Assembly: GCA_026387835.1 (NCBI GenBank)
Contig: JAPLKZ010000007.1
Coordinates: forward strand, 213,434 to 245,433
DNA from: Candidatus Saganbacteria bacterium
GTDB lineage: Bacteria; Margulisbacteria; WOR-1; JAKLHX01
DNA length: 32,000 bases
Reading direction: 5' to 3'
Shown: in pieces, positions 9,301 to 17,663 of the stretch
Position numbering within the stretch: the stretch's first letter is position 1
How the letters are laid out: each line of letters begins with the position of its first letter
Made by a program: the position numbers and the translations under genes
Notes under the pieces: generated by a model
What the model was told of the DNA's origin: nothing
Database searches by the model: none
What the model saw: only the letters and a program-made list of their open reading frames with translations

Positions 9301-12300
9301 AGTTATCTTGCCTTCGGCGACCTTTGAGATAACCAGCGAAACGGCTTTCTGTACCTCCTCCTGTACTTGCGGTCTGGTAACTGCAGGTGCGGGGTGTTTA
9401 GTTGTTTCGACCTGCGGCTGTTGTATGATCGCCTGCGGTGCGGTTTTCATATTTTGAATGATCTTTTCTATCGCTTTGTCTATGGCTACGGATACGGGGA
9501 TGTTCCTCGGATCGGATGTTTTTACTTGTTCAAGGGCGATCACTATCTGCTGGACGTTCTCAGGCTTTACCGGCTTTTCAGACTGCTCTATGACGATCGG
9601 GATCATCCTTGCCATTTTGTCTATCATATTTGGCTTGCTTCTTATTGCCTGTACCACCTGGTCCACCGGCATGTTTCTGACTATATTGGCAACTACCTTG
9701 ATGGCTACCTCTTTTGCCTTTACATTGTCGGAGGTGTTCTCTACAGCTTCCTTGGCCCGCGTCAGCTTTTGTGCAATTACTTCTTTTACCTTGTCATTGA
9801 CCTGGGCCTTGCTTGCCAGGTCCTTTATACGATCCATGAAATTAACAACATCTTCGGTATTAGTGAAACTGGCTCCCTTTATCTCCGAGATCATTTCCTT
9901 TGCTTTTTTGGCCTCAGTCGGCTGTAGCTTTGCCGCTATCTGTGTCAGAAGCTGTTCCATAGGCTTCTTTAATGCATTGAGCTGCGTCGTGGTATCAAGT
10001 GCGTTCAGTGATGCCCGCTCAGCGACTTCAGCGCTCCTCTTTATCCTGACGGCTGCGGATAACATCATCATCTCAGCCTTGTTGGCTTTGGGTGCGGTCG
10101 CGTTGTTCACTTCCGTTTGTACTTGGGTTATCTCTGCTGCTAAGGTTATATCTTCTAGCATAGTGGCACTGGACATTGCAACTGTTGAAGCTCTTGGTGT
10201 TTGCACGGTGTCATTGGATCTATCCGATCTTGCGGCAGCCGGTGTCTGGTTGACGGCCGGCGTCATCAGTTTGCTCATGATCCTCTCGGCTATCTCCGCC
10301 GCTCTGACGGCTTGGTTTGTATCCTTGGCCACGGTGATCACCTGCTGTTGTTTCTGCGGTTCAAGCCTTATTATGATCATTGCCGCCTGCGATGGCTCCA
10401 TATCTTTAACTGCGGGCACTATCATCTGCGCGGGCAGCACTTCAAGCATCTTTGCCGCTTCTGAGGCCGATATCTCGCTCGTCGAGACTTTAGCCACTAT
10501 CTTGGAGGCCATATTTTGCGCGTTTTTTGCAGCCATCTCGAGCACGGACACGGATTCTTTCTCCGATCGGGTCATTGATACTGGCGTTCTATCTATGATC
10601 GTGCTGAGGACCGACAATAGTTCGCTGGCACTTGTGACATTGTTGGCCTTGACCGCCTTGTCGGTGGCTGTGGTGATCTGGTTGACCTTGTCTTTTGCTT
10701 CCTCGGGCTTTACGATCGCTAACGTCATTACTTCGTTCTGCAGGCTTTGTTTTACATTGATCGCTTCACTTCTGACTGCAGGTTTGCTCACAGGTCTTGA
10801 TGCTGGCTGCGGTTTTTCCACCCTTGTGGCAATATCTGTTAAAATGTCATCGATTATTTTATCGACCGCACTTTTGATATTTTCAACATTGGAACGTGTT
10901 ATTTTTGCGTATTCTGCTGCTGTTTTGTTATACTGCTCTTCCGGGACGATAAGCTTGATCAAGGCCAGATTGTTTAATGCATTCGGCATCGTGGAAAGCG
11001 CGGATGCTGATAAAGCCTCGCGTATGATATCATTGACGCTGCGAGTTGTCTTTGTTCTGTCTGCTGGCTTTATCTGCACTTCAGGAGAGACGGTTTGATC
11101 TTTGCTCGACGTTAATAATGATATGACATTTGGCGGATGCTGCACCAAGTCCCTCGCCTTGAGTATTTGAGACTCTTTGGCATTCATTATTCTCTTGGTG
11201 AATGCATCGGCGACCTTTTGAAAGTTTGCGGAATCGGTCTTGTAAAGCTTTGCCAAGGCCTGCCCCTCTGATTTCAGAAAATTGTTTTGCATCTCAAGCT
11301 TTTCGCTGGCGCTGGCCTTGCTGAATTTATCCAGGAATTCTTGAGGCATTGTGAGGGTATTTGTTTTTGTGTCAAATTGCGGTAGTTTCCCTGTGTCCGT
11401 GCCCACGACTACGTTGATCTGTTCTTTAGATCCCGAGTTGACATAGAGACTGGCCATTTCGTCCCTTCCCGGCTTTTGTATGGAGCCGGCAATTTTGTAA
11501 AATTTATCGATATTGGCCTGGGTCAAGTTGTCCGTATTGTACCCTAATTGTTTCAGGTTATTTTTCGCATCTGCCAATAAGTTCTGGTCCACGGTCTTTC
11601 CGTCAGCCTTGTATATGCCCTTAGCGGCGCTCTCCATCGGGTCGTACTTGCCGATGTTGTTGACGATGCTCATTATCATTTCCTTTATCAGGCCGCTCAG
11701 GGTCATTTTCTCATCGAGTTCCCTTAAGAACTGCTGGTAAAAGGCTTCAGCGTCGAACATCGCTGTTGACGCGTCCACCTGGGCCTGAAGCTGCAGCTGT
11801 TCCGTCATGGCGAAGACGTTTGGTTTTGCGGCCGCGCCGCCGCCGGCTTTGCCTGCGCCTCCCGCGGCATTGGCTGAACCTCCGGCACTGTCTATATTTA
11901 AATTCTTTCCTTCTTTTTTCTTTGCATTGCCCTTGTTTATTGCGTTTGCTATCATCTTTGCCAGGTTATCGCTGAATAATACAGCGACAAGTGCCTTTGC
12001 AACATAGGAAGCGGCTCTACCGCCCATTGCCGGGGTAAGCAGCTTCTGGGCCCAGGTCGATACAGCGGTGTTCGAGTTTGTCATATTCATGAACCTGTCT
12101 TTTCCTTTAAAAAATGAGGATAAATTTGAAAGAGGGCCGCCGCCGTTAGAATTAAAAAGATGTGAGGCTTTCTTCGCTGCTTCTTGTTTTTCTCTTGCTT
12201 CCTTTTGCGCATCAGTTTCTTGTTTGTTAGCATTTTGAGGTTTTTCTGATTGATTTGGTTGTGTGGATTGACTTTCTGATGTGCCTGATGTGCCTGATGT

Positions 12301-15300
12301 GCCTGTTGTACCTTCGCCGCCGAATTCTAAACCACCGTCTACCGGGTAAGTCCCGTCTGCGCTTCCCTCTTTCTCTTGAACTTGTGTTTTACCGGAAGTA
12401 TCCGCATTTTTTGCCGGGTCATTTTTCACTTCTTTCGCAGCATCTTTAGAAGGCAAACCTTCTGCATTTTCCATTGTATTTGATCCGGGAGTAGTTGTAC
12501 CTTCGGTACCTCCGGTGGTGACATTACCGCCGGCATCGGCACCTCCCGCGTCGGCAGCTCCAACGCATGCCGCGACGATCGAGATGACCGCCTTGACTAT
12601 CGATATGATGAACATGATGTTCGCCATAACGAGTGCTTTCTCGGCATCCCTGATCTGGTTCATCCTGTCCACGTAGGTATGGAGTGTGTCGAACAGCTGC
12701 TGCAGCGCTGTGGTCGAGACTTCCTTGCTCGCTTGAATGCCCATCAGCGTATAATCCTGGGCATCCAGCGCTATGCCGCCCACGGACCTGAGCACCATGT
12801 TCCTTATTCTCCTCTGAGAGTCCATTACTTCCTGTGAAGCTGTCGCGGCGTTATAGGCCATGTCTATCTCTCTTCTCATGATATAGAAATTGCTTTGGTT
12901 CAACCCCACGTAGCCGTCGCTCGTGCTGACGATCAGGTCTTCCGTTGCCTGGGAAAGGATCTCTTTTAATGATTGATAGAGTTTGTCGAAACGGCCCTGG
13001 TCTTTTTGTTTGTCGATGATCTTCAGGACCTCGTCAAGGATATTTGTTTTATACCTGTCGAGGTCGCCGTACCCGGAATTTTTGTCTTCCTCGGCGCACT
13101 TTTTGTTATAGTAAGCCTGCATTATGACGATGGCCGCGATGATGACGGCGGCAACGATCGCCCCGACGCCGGTGCAGGCCAGCACTGCGGCGACGATCTC
13201 CATTATAATCTTCACTGCCGAGAACCAGAGATTGGTCATTGCCCGGTCAAGCTGCTTTTCCCACTGTGTCCGTGCGTTATGCGCGCTTATGTTCTCCCGG
13301 ACCAGTTCCGTCTTCAGTTGAAGTGCCTGCATATATCTTGCGTTCATGGACTTCAGGCCGTTCGATATGGTCTGGAAATGTCTTGCCGTCCATCCGATTC
13401 TTCCCATCAGCTGGAGCATAAGGTCGATGATCTCTTGTCCGGTGGTCTCTATCTGCATCATCCCCAGTCCGAGCATAAAAAGCTGCGACATCTCATCGGA
13501 TAATGCGGTGATCTGTGCCGCGTCGTTCCCCCACATGTCGTCGCCCACGTTTATATGGGACCCGGTAGTCAGCTGGTCGACAAGGCCTCTGTACTGCGTG
13601 GCGATATCGCTGATCGCATCCGCGACCATATTGCCGGTGATGCGTCTTTCTGTTTTATTGTCGTAAAATTTATCATCTTCATGATAAAGTTCCGGCTTTT
13701 CGTGTTCCAGCAGGTACATAATGTTATAAATTCCATCAAAAAGACCTTGTCCCATCATACCGCCTATGATGAAGCCGAGCATATTTGCGAAAAAGCTCCC
13801 GATTATTTTTTCTTTTTCAAGTTCCCATTCTCTTTCCTTGTTGTTTTCCTCGACCTCGTCCCTGAGGCTCTGCATGACGAGGGAAAAAGCCACCTTCATG
13901 TCGTCCTCTAAGGTTACTAACGAATCCTCGACTGCCGGAAGCTCTTCGCCCAGCGGGTTTTGTCCTGTGGCCGCGTAAAGGGCGATCATCACGAGGCGCG
14001 CTTTTGATTCCATCACCAGCATATACGCTTTTCTTAAGTTGTCGATGCTCTCGAGCTTGTCGCCTATACTGTTCAGATATTCTTCGTTCAAAGCTTTGAA
14101 CCCGTCGCCGACCCCTATTATGCCCCCGTTATAAGCGGTCATGATAAGATCGTTTTCTTCTTTGTCCAGCTGGTCGAGGATGTTATTGCATATCGACTTC
14201 ATCGAGATGCCCCACAGGTTCAATGCTTCCTCGACATTGTCGAAATTGATCCTTGTCGGTGTATACTGGAAATCCTCGATGGTCAACAGATATATGACAT
14301 CGGTAATTTTTTCCACAAAACTGGCGACAAAAAAAAGTGCGGGGCAGAACAAGCAGATGCCGAATGCCGTCCACATCGAGTCCAGCATTTCTTTTGCTTT
14401 TTCATGTTCCCACACTGAATAGGCGTATTTGTTGCGCGCCTCTATCTCCAGTTGCAGCTGGTTTATGTTGGCCAGCAATAATGTTCTTTCGCCGTCCGTG
14501 GTGTATTTGAGATAATCAAAGACCATGTTCCATCTTGATGAGTCGGAGGTTATCCCCGACATTATCTCGATCATCATGGATTTGAGCTTTTCTTTCACGG
14601 AGAGCGACATGTAATAGGCTTTTCTCAGGTCGTTGATTATCGTTTGTCCGTGGAGTATGGCGTATGCCAGGTCTTTGTTCAGGTCGTAATAACTATTCCC
14701 GTAGCCGTTATCGCCGGCTGCTGCCATCAGATACTGGCGGTTGGCCTCGTCCAGATAATTCAGTTCGAGTTTGACGAACGGGTCGGCGGTCCTCCTCTTT
14801 CTTTCTTCGATCACCACGTCGAGGAAGCCTTTAAGAGTGTCCGTCAGACTGGCCTGCACGTCCTTAAATGCTCTATCGATCGCTTCTTTTGCCGCGGTGT
14901 ATTTTTCCTCGTACTCTCTGTGCGTCGCGTCGAGTCCGATGAAATCAAGAAGTGAATTGATACAGCTGGAGGACCCGCCTTGTGCGGAAGCTTGCGCGCC
15001 CAGCATTTTTCTGTCATATTCCGCGTTGTTTTTATCATGTATGTAGTTCATCGTGTTGGTAAATATGAACTTTGGCCCCTGCATATCATGCCTGAAGCCT
15101 TTATTTATGATCTCAGTGTATTTGACGTCCCTGGAAGAGGCCTCCTTAGGCCCTTTAAAAAGCTGGAGAATGTAGCCCTTGATGTTTTCCTTAGTTTCGC
15201 CGATCATCGCGATACCGAGAAGCAGCGACCATAATTCCTGCAGCTTGTAATAATAGTCTTTGAATTTCGGATCAAGCGTGATATAACCGTCGCCGTAATC

Positions 15301-15699
15301 TGTTGTCCATGTCGATGAGGAATTCCCCGCCAGAAGTATGTCCAGGGTTTGCTTGATCTCCGCTCCGAGCCCTTCTACCGCCTGTGCTACCGCGTCCGGT
15401 TCTGCAACCTGATAATTATAATTGACGGGTGTTATCGCGGTGCTTTCGTTATCATAGGTTAAAGGCTGGTTCACGACATAGTTGCCCTGAGTATCAACAG
15501 TGTCAAGTTGTTCGGCATCGAAAACAGTTGCGTTGCTGTCTGTGTTGTCTGATGGAGTTGATACACCGTCAGCTGATGTGTTTGCCATTAAAGCATCAAA
15601 GGTTGATACAGTTGTGGAATAATTGACCTGACCCGTGATATTGGCATTCACGTCAGTGCGGGTTGTCTGATCAGGAATATCTATAGTTGTAGTGCTCAT
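6376..15699 (-). CDS. Giant 3107-aa protein: hydrophobic helices in N-terminal third, low-complexity linker, alternating helical repeat array in C-terminal half
   Basis: Uninterrupted 9.3-kb ORF; ATG at 15699 preceded by the shared promoter-like element. N-terminal Ser/Thr-rich start; segments such as AVKIIMEIVAAVLACTGVGAIVAAVIIAAIVIM; repeated LKKPMEQLLTQI.../NMIDKMARMIPxVIEQSEK blocks. Confidence 0.9.
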   Translation of the reverse strand: MSTTTIDIPDQTTRTDVNANITGQVNYSTTVSTFDALMANTSADGVSTPSDNTDSNATVFDAEQLDTVDTQGNYVVNQPLTYDNESTAITPVNYNYQVAEPDAVAQAVEGLGAEIKQTLDILLAGNSSSTWTTDYGDGYITLDPKFKDYYYKLQELWSLLLGIAMIGETKENIKGYILQLFKGPKEASSRDVKYTEIINKGFRHDMQGPKFIFTNTMNYIHDKNNAEYDRKMLGAQASAQGGSSSCINSLLDFIGLDATHREYEEKYTAAKEAIDRAFKDVQASLTDTLKGFLDVVIEERKRRTADPFVKLELNYLDEANRQYLMAAAGDNGYGNSYYDLNKDLAYAILHGQTIINDLRKAYYMSLSVKEKLKSMMIEIMSGITSDSSRWNMVFDYLKYTTDGERTLLLANINQLQLEIEARNKYAYSVWEHEKAKEMLDSMWTAFGICLFCPALFFVASFVEKITDVIYLLTIEDFQYTPTRINFDNVEEALNLWGISMKSICNNILDQLDKEENDLIMTAYNGGIIGVGDGFKALNEEYLNSIGDKLESIDNLRKAYMLVMESKARLVMIALYAATGQNPLGEELPAVEDSLVTLEDDMKVAFSLVMQSLRDEVEENNKEREWELEKEKIIGSFFANMLGFIIGGMMGQGLFDGIYNIMYLLEHEKPELYHEDDKFYDNKTERRITGNMVADAISDIATQYRGLVDQLTTGSHINVGDDMWGNDAAQITALSDEMSQLFMLGLGMMQIETTGQEIIDLMLQLMGRIGWTARHFQTISNGLKSMNARYMQALQLKTELVRENISAHNARTQWEKQLDRAMTNLWFSAVKIIMEIVAAVLACTGVGAIVAAVIIAAIVIMQAYYNKKCAEEDKNSGYGDLDRYKTNILDEVLKIIDKQKDQGRFDKLYQSLKEILSQATEDLIVSTSDGYVGLNQSNFYIMRREIDMAYNAATASQEVMDSQRRIRNMVLRSVGGIALDAQDYTLMGIQASKEVSTTALQQLFDTLHTYVDRMNQIRDAEKALVMANIMFIISIVKAVISIVAACVGAADAGGADAGGNVTTGGTEGTTTPGSNTMENAEGLPSKDAAKEVKNDPAKNADTSGKTQVQEKEGSADGTYPVDGGLEFGGEGTTGTSGTSGTSESQSTQPNQSEKPQNANKQETDAQKEAREKQEAAKKASHLFNSNGGGPLSNLSSFFKGKDRFMNMTNSNTAVSTWAQKLLTPAMGGRAASYVAKALVAVLFSDNLAKMIANAINKGNAKKKEGKNLNIDSAGGSANAAGGAGKAGGGAAAKPNVFAMTEQLQLQAQVDASTAMFDAEAFYQQFLRELDEKMTLSGLIKEMIMSIVNNIGKYDPMESAAKGIYKADGKTVDQNLLADAKNNLKQLGYNTDNLTQANIDKFYKIAGSIQKPGRDEMASLYVNSGSKEQINVVVGTDTGKLPQFDTKTNTLTMPQEFLDKFSKASASEKLEMQNNFLKSEGQALAKLYKTDSANFQKVADAFTKRIMNAKESQILKARDLVQHPPNVISLLTSSKDQTVSPEVQIKPADRTKTTRSVNDIIREALSASALSTMPNALNNLALIKLIVPEEQYNKTAAEYAKITRSNVENIKSAVDKIIDDILTDIATRVEKPQPASRPVSKPAVRSEAINVKQSLQNEVMTLAIVKPEEAKDKVNQITTATDKAVKANNVTSASELLSVLSTIIDRTPVSMTRSEKESVSVLEMAAKNAQNMASKIVAKVSTSEISASEAAKMLEVLPAQMIVPAVKDMEPSQAAMIIIRLEPQKQQQVITVAKDTNQAVRAAEIAERIMSKLMTPAVNQTPAAARSDRSNDTVQTPRASTVAMSSATMLEDITLAAEITQVQTEVNNATAPKANKAEMMMLSAAVRIKRSAEVAERASLNALDTTTQLNALKKPMEQLLTQIAAKLQPTEAKKAKEMISEIKGASFTNTEDVVNFMDRIKDLASKAQVNDKVKEVIAQKLTRAKEAVENTSDNVKAKEVAIKVVANIVRNMPVDQVVQAIRSKPNMIDKMARMIPIVIEQSEKPVKPENVQQIVIALEQVKTSDPRNIPVSVAIDKAIEKIIQNMKTAPQAIIQQPQVETTKHPAPAVTRPQVQEEVQKAVSLVISKVAEGKITPEEAATALNNVPAEVTVRAMAKASPEAAAMVIVNLEPGKRHQVIAMANEKQQAIKAVVIAENTRRNQVSPAGIQAQPIIMQDSFRNPRQVEQAPTTEASKEVSTDEEFTRLETDMIRAEMSNMKSLSKASKADTRIVSTVIVIKNGALAAKEASQKAVDPATQLNALKKPMEQLLTQIAEKLPQTEAKKAKDMSSEIKKADFTNTEKVARFISQVKDMANGAKINEKVKEVIAQKLTQAMEAVDNTSVNVRAKDAAQKAVNDIVNNKPVEDVVRAITSKPNMIDKVARMIPAVIEHSEKKVNPENMQQIVIALEEVKAAVPNNIRITVALDKAIEKITQKMEAAPQAVIEPQVKTAVQAAPVVNKPQVKQAESMPTSYTPVKEAQHAPQAMNMKPTTEDKVVQMVMDNPKKAEDVINQIIIVIDDEISANNTAAVKDLVAVLSKVSTDVPKDMNTNVVVSKAEQAVQKAVSQVVSKVIKGEMTATEAAKVLDVVPTQMIVQAVKDKEPTQAAQIILNLEPQKQHQVMAIAKETKQAVKAVEIAENIMRTTQSPVVINQAQAAIRPDTFRDDKQVSRSSTASSVTNETKGVFDENEMKKIEAEINADKNNKLNNEDASILRIAIGIKNRADNAKRISASGNETEAQIKSLKKPIEQFLNSISAKLDPTSAANAKNIIYGLKQKNFSKPEEAQDTLTQVKALVTGSNIKESTKQLVISKLENAVESLQNTSTNITCKQAAQTALKLLEGNASNDYIAKMILENPAIAASKIIGMISTLTDKPDINVSMPKLLNLVSTISNLPGSPALKDETDKIMRKMFDQINSQLFMTATVKDPADQDIVKPKIEQVAVSSILTFATKESAKVALSQIIANGMGPEETAKFLRNFKPEVAAYILSVLETKDAIAVLSQLALVSNSEYVKKAILRVDNDSIGKDLKAKIEDMLNSKDSNTICAGSIKKIDPITGEPDKNGNNNFMC
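6540..10520 (-). repeat. Intragenic alternating repeat array (two module types, about 3-4 copies each) in the giant protein
   Basis: Type 1 (SEAAKMLEVLPAQMIVPAVKDMEPSQAAMIIIRLEPQKQQQVI...) near 10.27-10.52, 9.11-9.36, 7.67-7.92 and, divergent, 6.54-6.77 kb. Type 2 (LNALKKPMEQLLTQI...KPNMIDKMARMIPIVIEQSEK) near 9.42-10.0, 8.25-8.84 and, divergent, 6.9-7.39 kb. Confidence 0.85.
12278..12304 (-). repeat. Three exact 9-nt tandem repeats (GATGTGCCT on + strand) encoding Gly-Thr-Ser x3 in a linker
   Basis: gatgtgcct gatgtgcct gatgtgcct read directly. Confidence 0.9.
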
Positions 15700-15720
15700 A
15701 TAATATATATATTTACGGGT

Positions 15721-15758
15721 CTATATATATATCGTTGTATTGAAGCTAAAACTTGCGG
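15721..15758 (-). promoter_or_regulatory. Shared bipartite promoter-like element upstream of the giant gene
   Basis: Minus strand CCGCAAGTT-N15-CGATATATATATAG. Confidence 0.7.
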
Positions 15759-15822
15759 GGAATAATGGGTCATTTTTGGCTGTTTAATGGCAAAATAATA
15801 GCGATTTATTAGCTGATTATTT

Positions 15823-16992
15823 TCAGGTATTTGCTTTTCTTGCTTTGTTATCTGACCCGATAGCCATTGCTATCGAACGGGCGATCTCTTCCGGTGTGTT
15901 GAGGGTTGGATAAGTTAAAACTTCATTCATTCTTTTTCGTGCGTTTGACGACGCGAAAGTTGTTTCAAGTGACTTCATAAATTCCTGTGCCCTTAAACGG
16001 ACCTTTTCCGTTATTTTTGAATCCGCTAATTTTTGTTCGTGCCTCTTCTCATATGCTGTTTCATTCTCTTTCTCATCTGCCTTTCTTGCCTCGATAATGC
16101 CGGCCAATATTCTTTTAGCCATCCTCAGAGCTGACTCGTACACTTCAGTTGCCGCAGTCCATATTTTTGTAATTATTGTTATAACTTTAGGCATGTCTGC
16201 GTCAACAGCGGTTTCGTTCTTTGCTATTTGCGGCATTTCCTTGATCGGTGTCGCTGAAATGGCGCGCATCTGCTCCAATAAAGCGGGATCAATTTTAATG
16301 TCATTTTCTGTTGCGATAGATATAAGTTTGGTTGCCTGCTCCCCGCATGCTGTGATCTCTTTTTCGATCATCGATCTGGCCGGTTGCTTGTCTTTAAACT
16401 TTTCTCGCATTGCATTAAGCATATCATTCATCTTTTTGATGGCCTCAGCATCACCAGTGATGACTATGATCACATATTGTTTATTATGGTTTTTCAGGAT
16501 TATTTCGGTCTGGACTGCGATTTGAGAATTGTAGCCGGATTCTTGAGCGTGATAAGATGATAGTAATTCTTTTAAACTTATAGAATCGTCATTATGCCCG
16601 CAATATCCCAAAAAATCCTGTTTTGATCTTCTCAATGATTGTTCTGTTCTTATTCGGTTTTCTGTTGCACCGTTATTTCCTTCACCTTCTTGTTTCCTGA
16701 AATTAAGAATGGCTTCCTGGTGTTTTTTCATTTCCGACAGATAGCTGCGACCTACGGCAAAAGGTCTCATATAGGAAATAGTGTCGATCATAAAAGAAAA
16801 ACGCTCCGTAGTCGCGAAAGGGAACTTTTCCTGTTCTTGCGTAAAAGAACCGAGTACCCTGTAAGCAGGTCTTGATAGGTCGGGAACAGGTGTAATGACA
16901 GTTCTTGGCGTTGCCGTTGTACGCGATGTTAAGCCGTTCCCGGTTTCCTGTATCTTAGGATCGGTTTTAACAAGCGCAGGATCGGGCAACAT
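15823..16992 (-). CDS. Uncharacterised 389-aa helical protein
   Basis: Full-length ORF with GGGAG ribosome-binding-like sequence just upstream of ATG 16992; no recognised domain, no signal peptide. Confidence 0.8.
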   Translation of the reverse strand: MLPDPALVKTDPKIQETGNGLTSRTTATPRTVITPVPDLSRPAYRVLGSFTQEQEKFPFATTERFSFMIDTISYMRPFAVGRSYLSEMKKHQEAILNFRKQEGEGNNGATENRIRTEQSLRRSKQDFLGYCGHNDDSISLKELLSSYHAQESGYNSQIAVQTEIILKNHNKQYVIIVITGDAEAIKKMNDMLNAMREKFKDKQPARSMIEKEITACGEQATKLISIATENDIKIDPALLEQMRAISATPIKEMPQIAKNETAVDADMPKVITIITKIWTAATEVYESALRMAKRILAGIIEARKADEKENETAYEKRHEQKLADSKITEKVRLRAQEFMKSLETTFASSNARKRMNEVLTYPTLNTPEEIARSIAMAIGSDNKARKANT

Positions 16993-17003
16993 ATATTATC
17001 TCC

Positions 17004-17040
17004 CTATTTATATATCGATGGTAAGATCGCGAAATTTCAT
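17004..17040 (-). promoter_or_regulatory. Variant of the shared promoter-like element
   Basis: Minus strand ATGAAATTT-N14-CGATATATAAATAG, 11 nt from the downstream ATG; the -10-like half is strong, the -35-like half is weak. Confidence 0.45.
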
Positions 17041-17059
17041 TATATTCTAATTTTCTTTA

Positions 17060-17356
17060 CTAAACCGGCTTATCTGGACTGAATATATTGCTTTTGTCCG
17101 GTTTCTTTGCCTGTTCAGGCGTCATTTCTTTGTCTTTAATGACAGGAAGGCTATTATTCAGTTTACCTTGGTAATAGTTTTCCACGACTGCCTGTAAACC
17201 ATTCATCACTAATTCTGGCATGTTCGCTATTGCTGCTGCCGCGCTATTTACTATATCTAATCTTGCCTGTGCCACTCTTGCCTGTCCCGGTTCGCCATAT
17301 AATTTCTGTATTGGCGGTGATCCTTGTTGTTTAGCTTGTATATATATATATGTCAT
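17060..17356 (-). CDS. Uncharacterised 98-aa protein
   Basis: ORF in the island's collinear series (MTYIYIQAKQQGSPPIQKLYGEPGQ...), GGAGAAAAACA upstream. Confidence 0.65.
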   Translation of the reverse strand: MTYIYIQAKQQGSPPIQKLYGEPGQARVAQARLDIVNSAAAAIANMPELVMNGLQAVVENYYQGKLNNSLPVIKDKEMTPEQAKKPDKSNIFSPDKPV

Positions 17357-17366
17357 TGTTTTTCTC

Positions 17367-17663
17367 CTACACTACCCTTCCCGTTCCTTCATCCGAAGAT
17401 GCGATCCCTACTCTGTTCACAGGGAGTGGCGTCTTATCGAAGCCCGCCAATCTCTGGATATTCTTCACTGTCTCAAAGGCTCCTTTTACTTGTCCAAACT
17501 GTTTTATTGCTTCTGTCAGGCTCGCAAGAGCAAGCCATTTGCTATCCTCCGTTTTTGCCGGCACGCCACCATTGCCTTTGATTCCCGCCATAAATATTGT
17601 CCCATTGATCGGATCCATATCCATGCCCATAATATTATCCTCCTTACGATCCCCGTTGAGCAT
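17367..17663 (-). CDS. Uncharacterised 98-aa protein
   Basis: ORF MLNGDRKEDNIMGMDMDPINGTIF..., start overlaps the end of the 445-aa ORF (possible translational coupling); the true start could be an internal Met. Confidence 0.6.
   Translation of the reverse strand: MLNGDRKEDNIMGMDMDPINGTIFMAGIKGNGGVPAKTEDSKWLALASLTEAIKQFGQVKGAFETVKNIQRLAGFDKTPLPVNRVGIASSDEGTGRVV

Noticed and set aside
9458-11098. 546-aa plus-strand ORF (and others such as 7582..8172, 8288..8662, 12973..13503)
   Set aside because: Antisense shadow ORFs of the giant minus-strand gene. Where they cover the repeats they are just mirrored copies (MIFSIALS...), with no independent coding features.
6376-15699. Giant ORF as phage tape-measure protein or polyketide/peptide megasynthase
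   Set aside because: No phage structural genes nearby and no synthase motifs. The repeat array and linkers do not match, although a tape-measure-like role cannot be excluded without structure prediction.
15701-15732. TATATATATA runs around gene starts as a microsatellite or CRISPR-like repeat
   Set aside because: They are short. They belong to the aligned promoter-like element or the immediate leader; no regularly spaced direct repeats or spacers were found.
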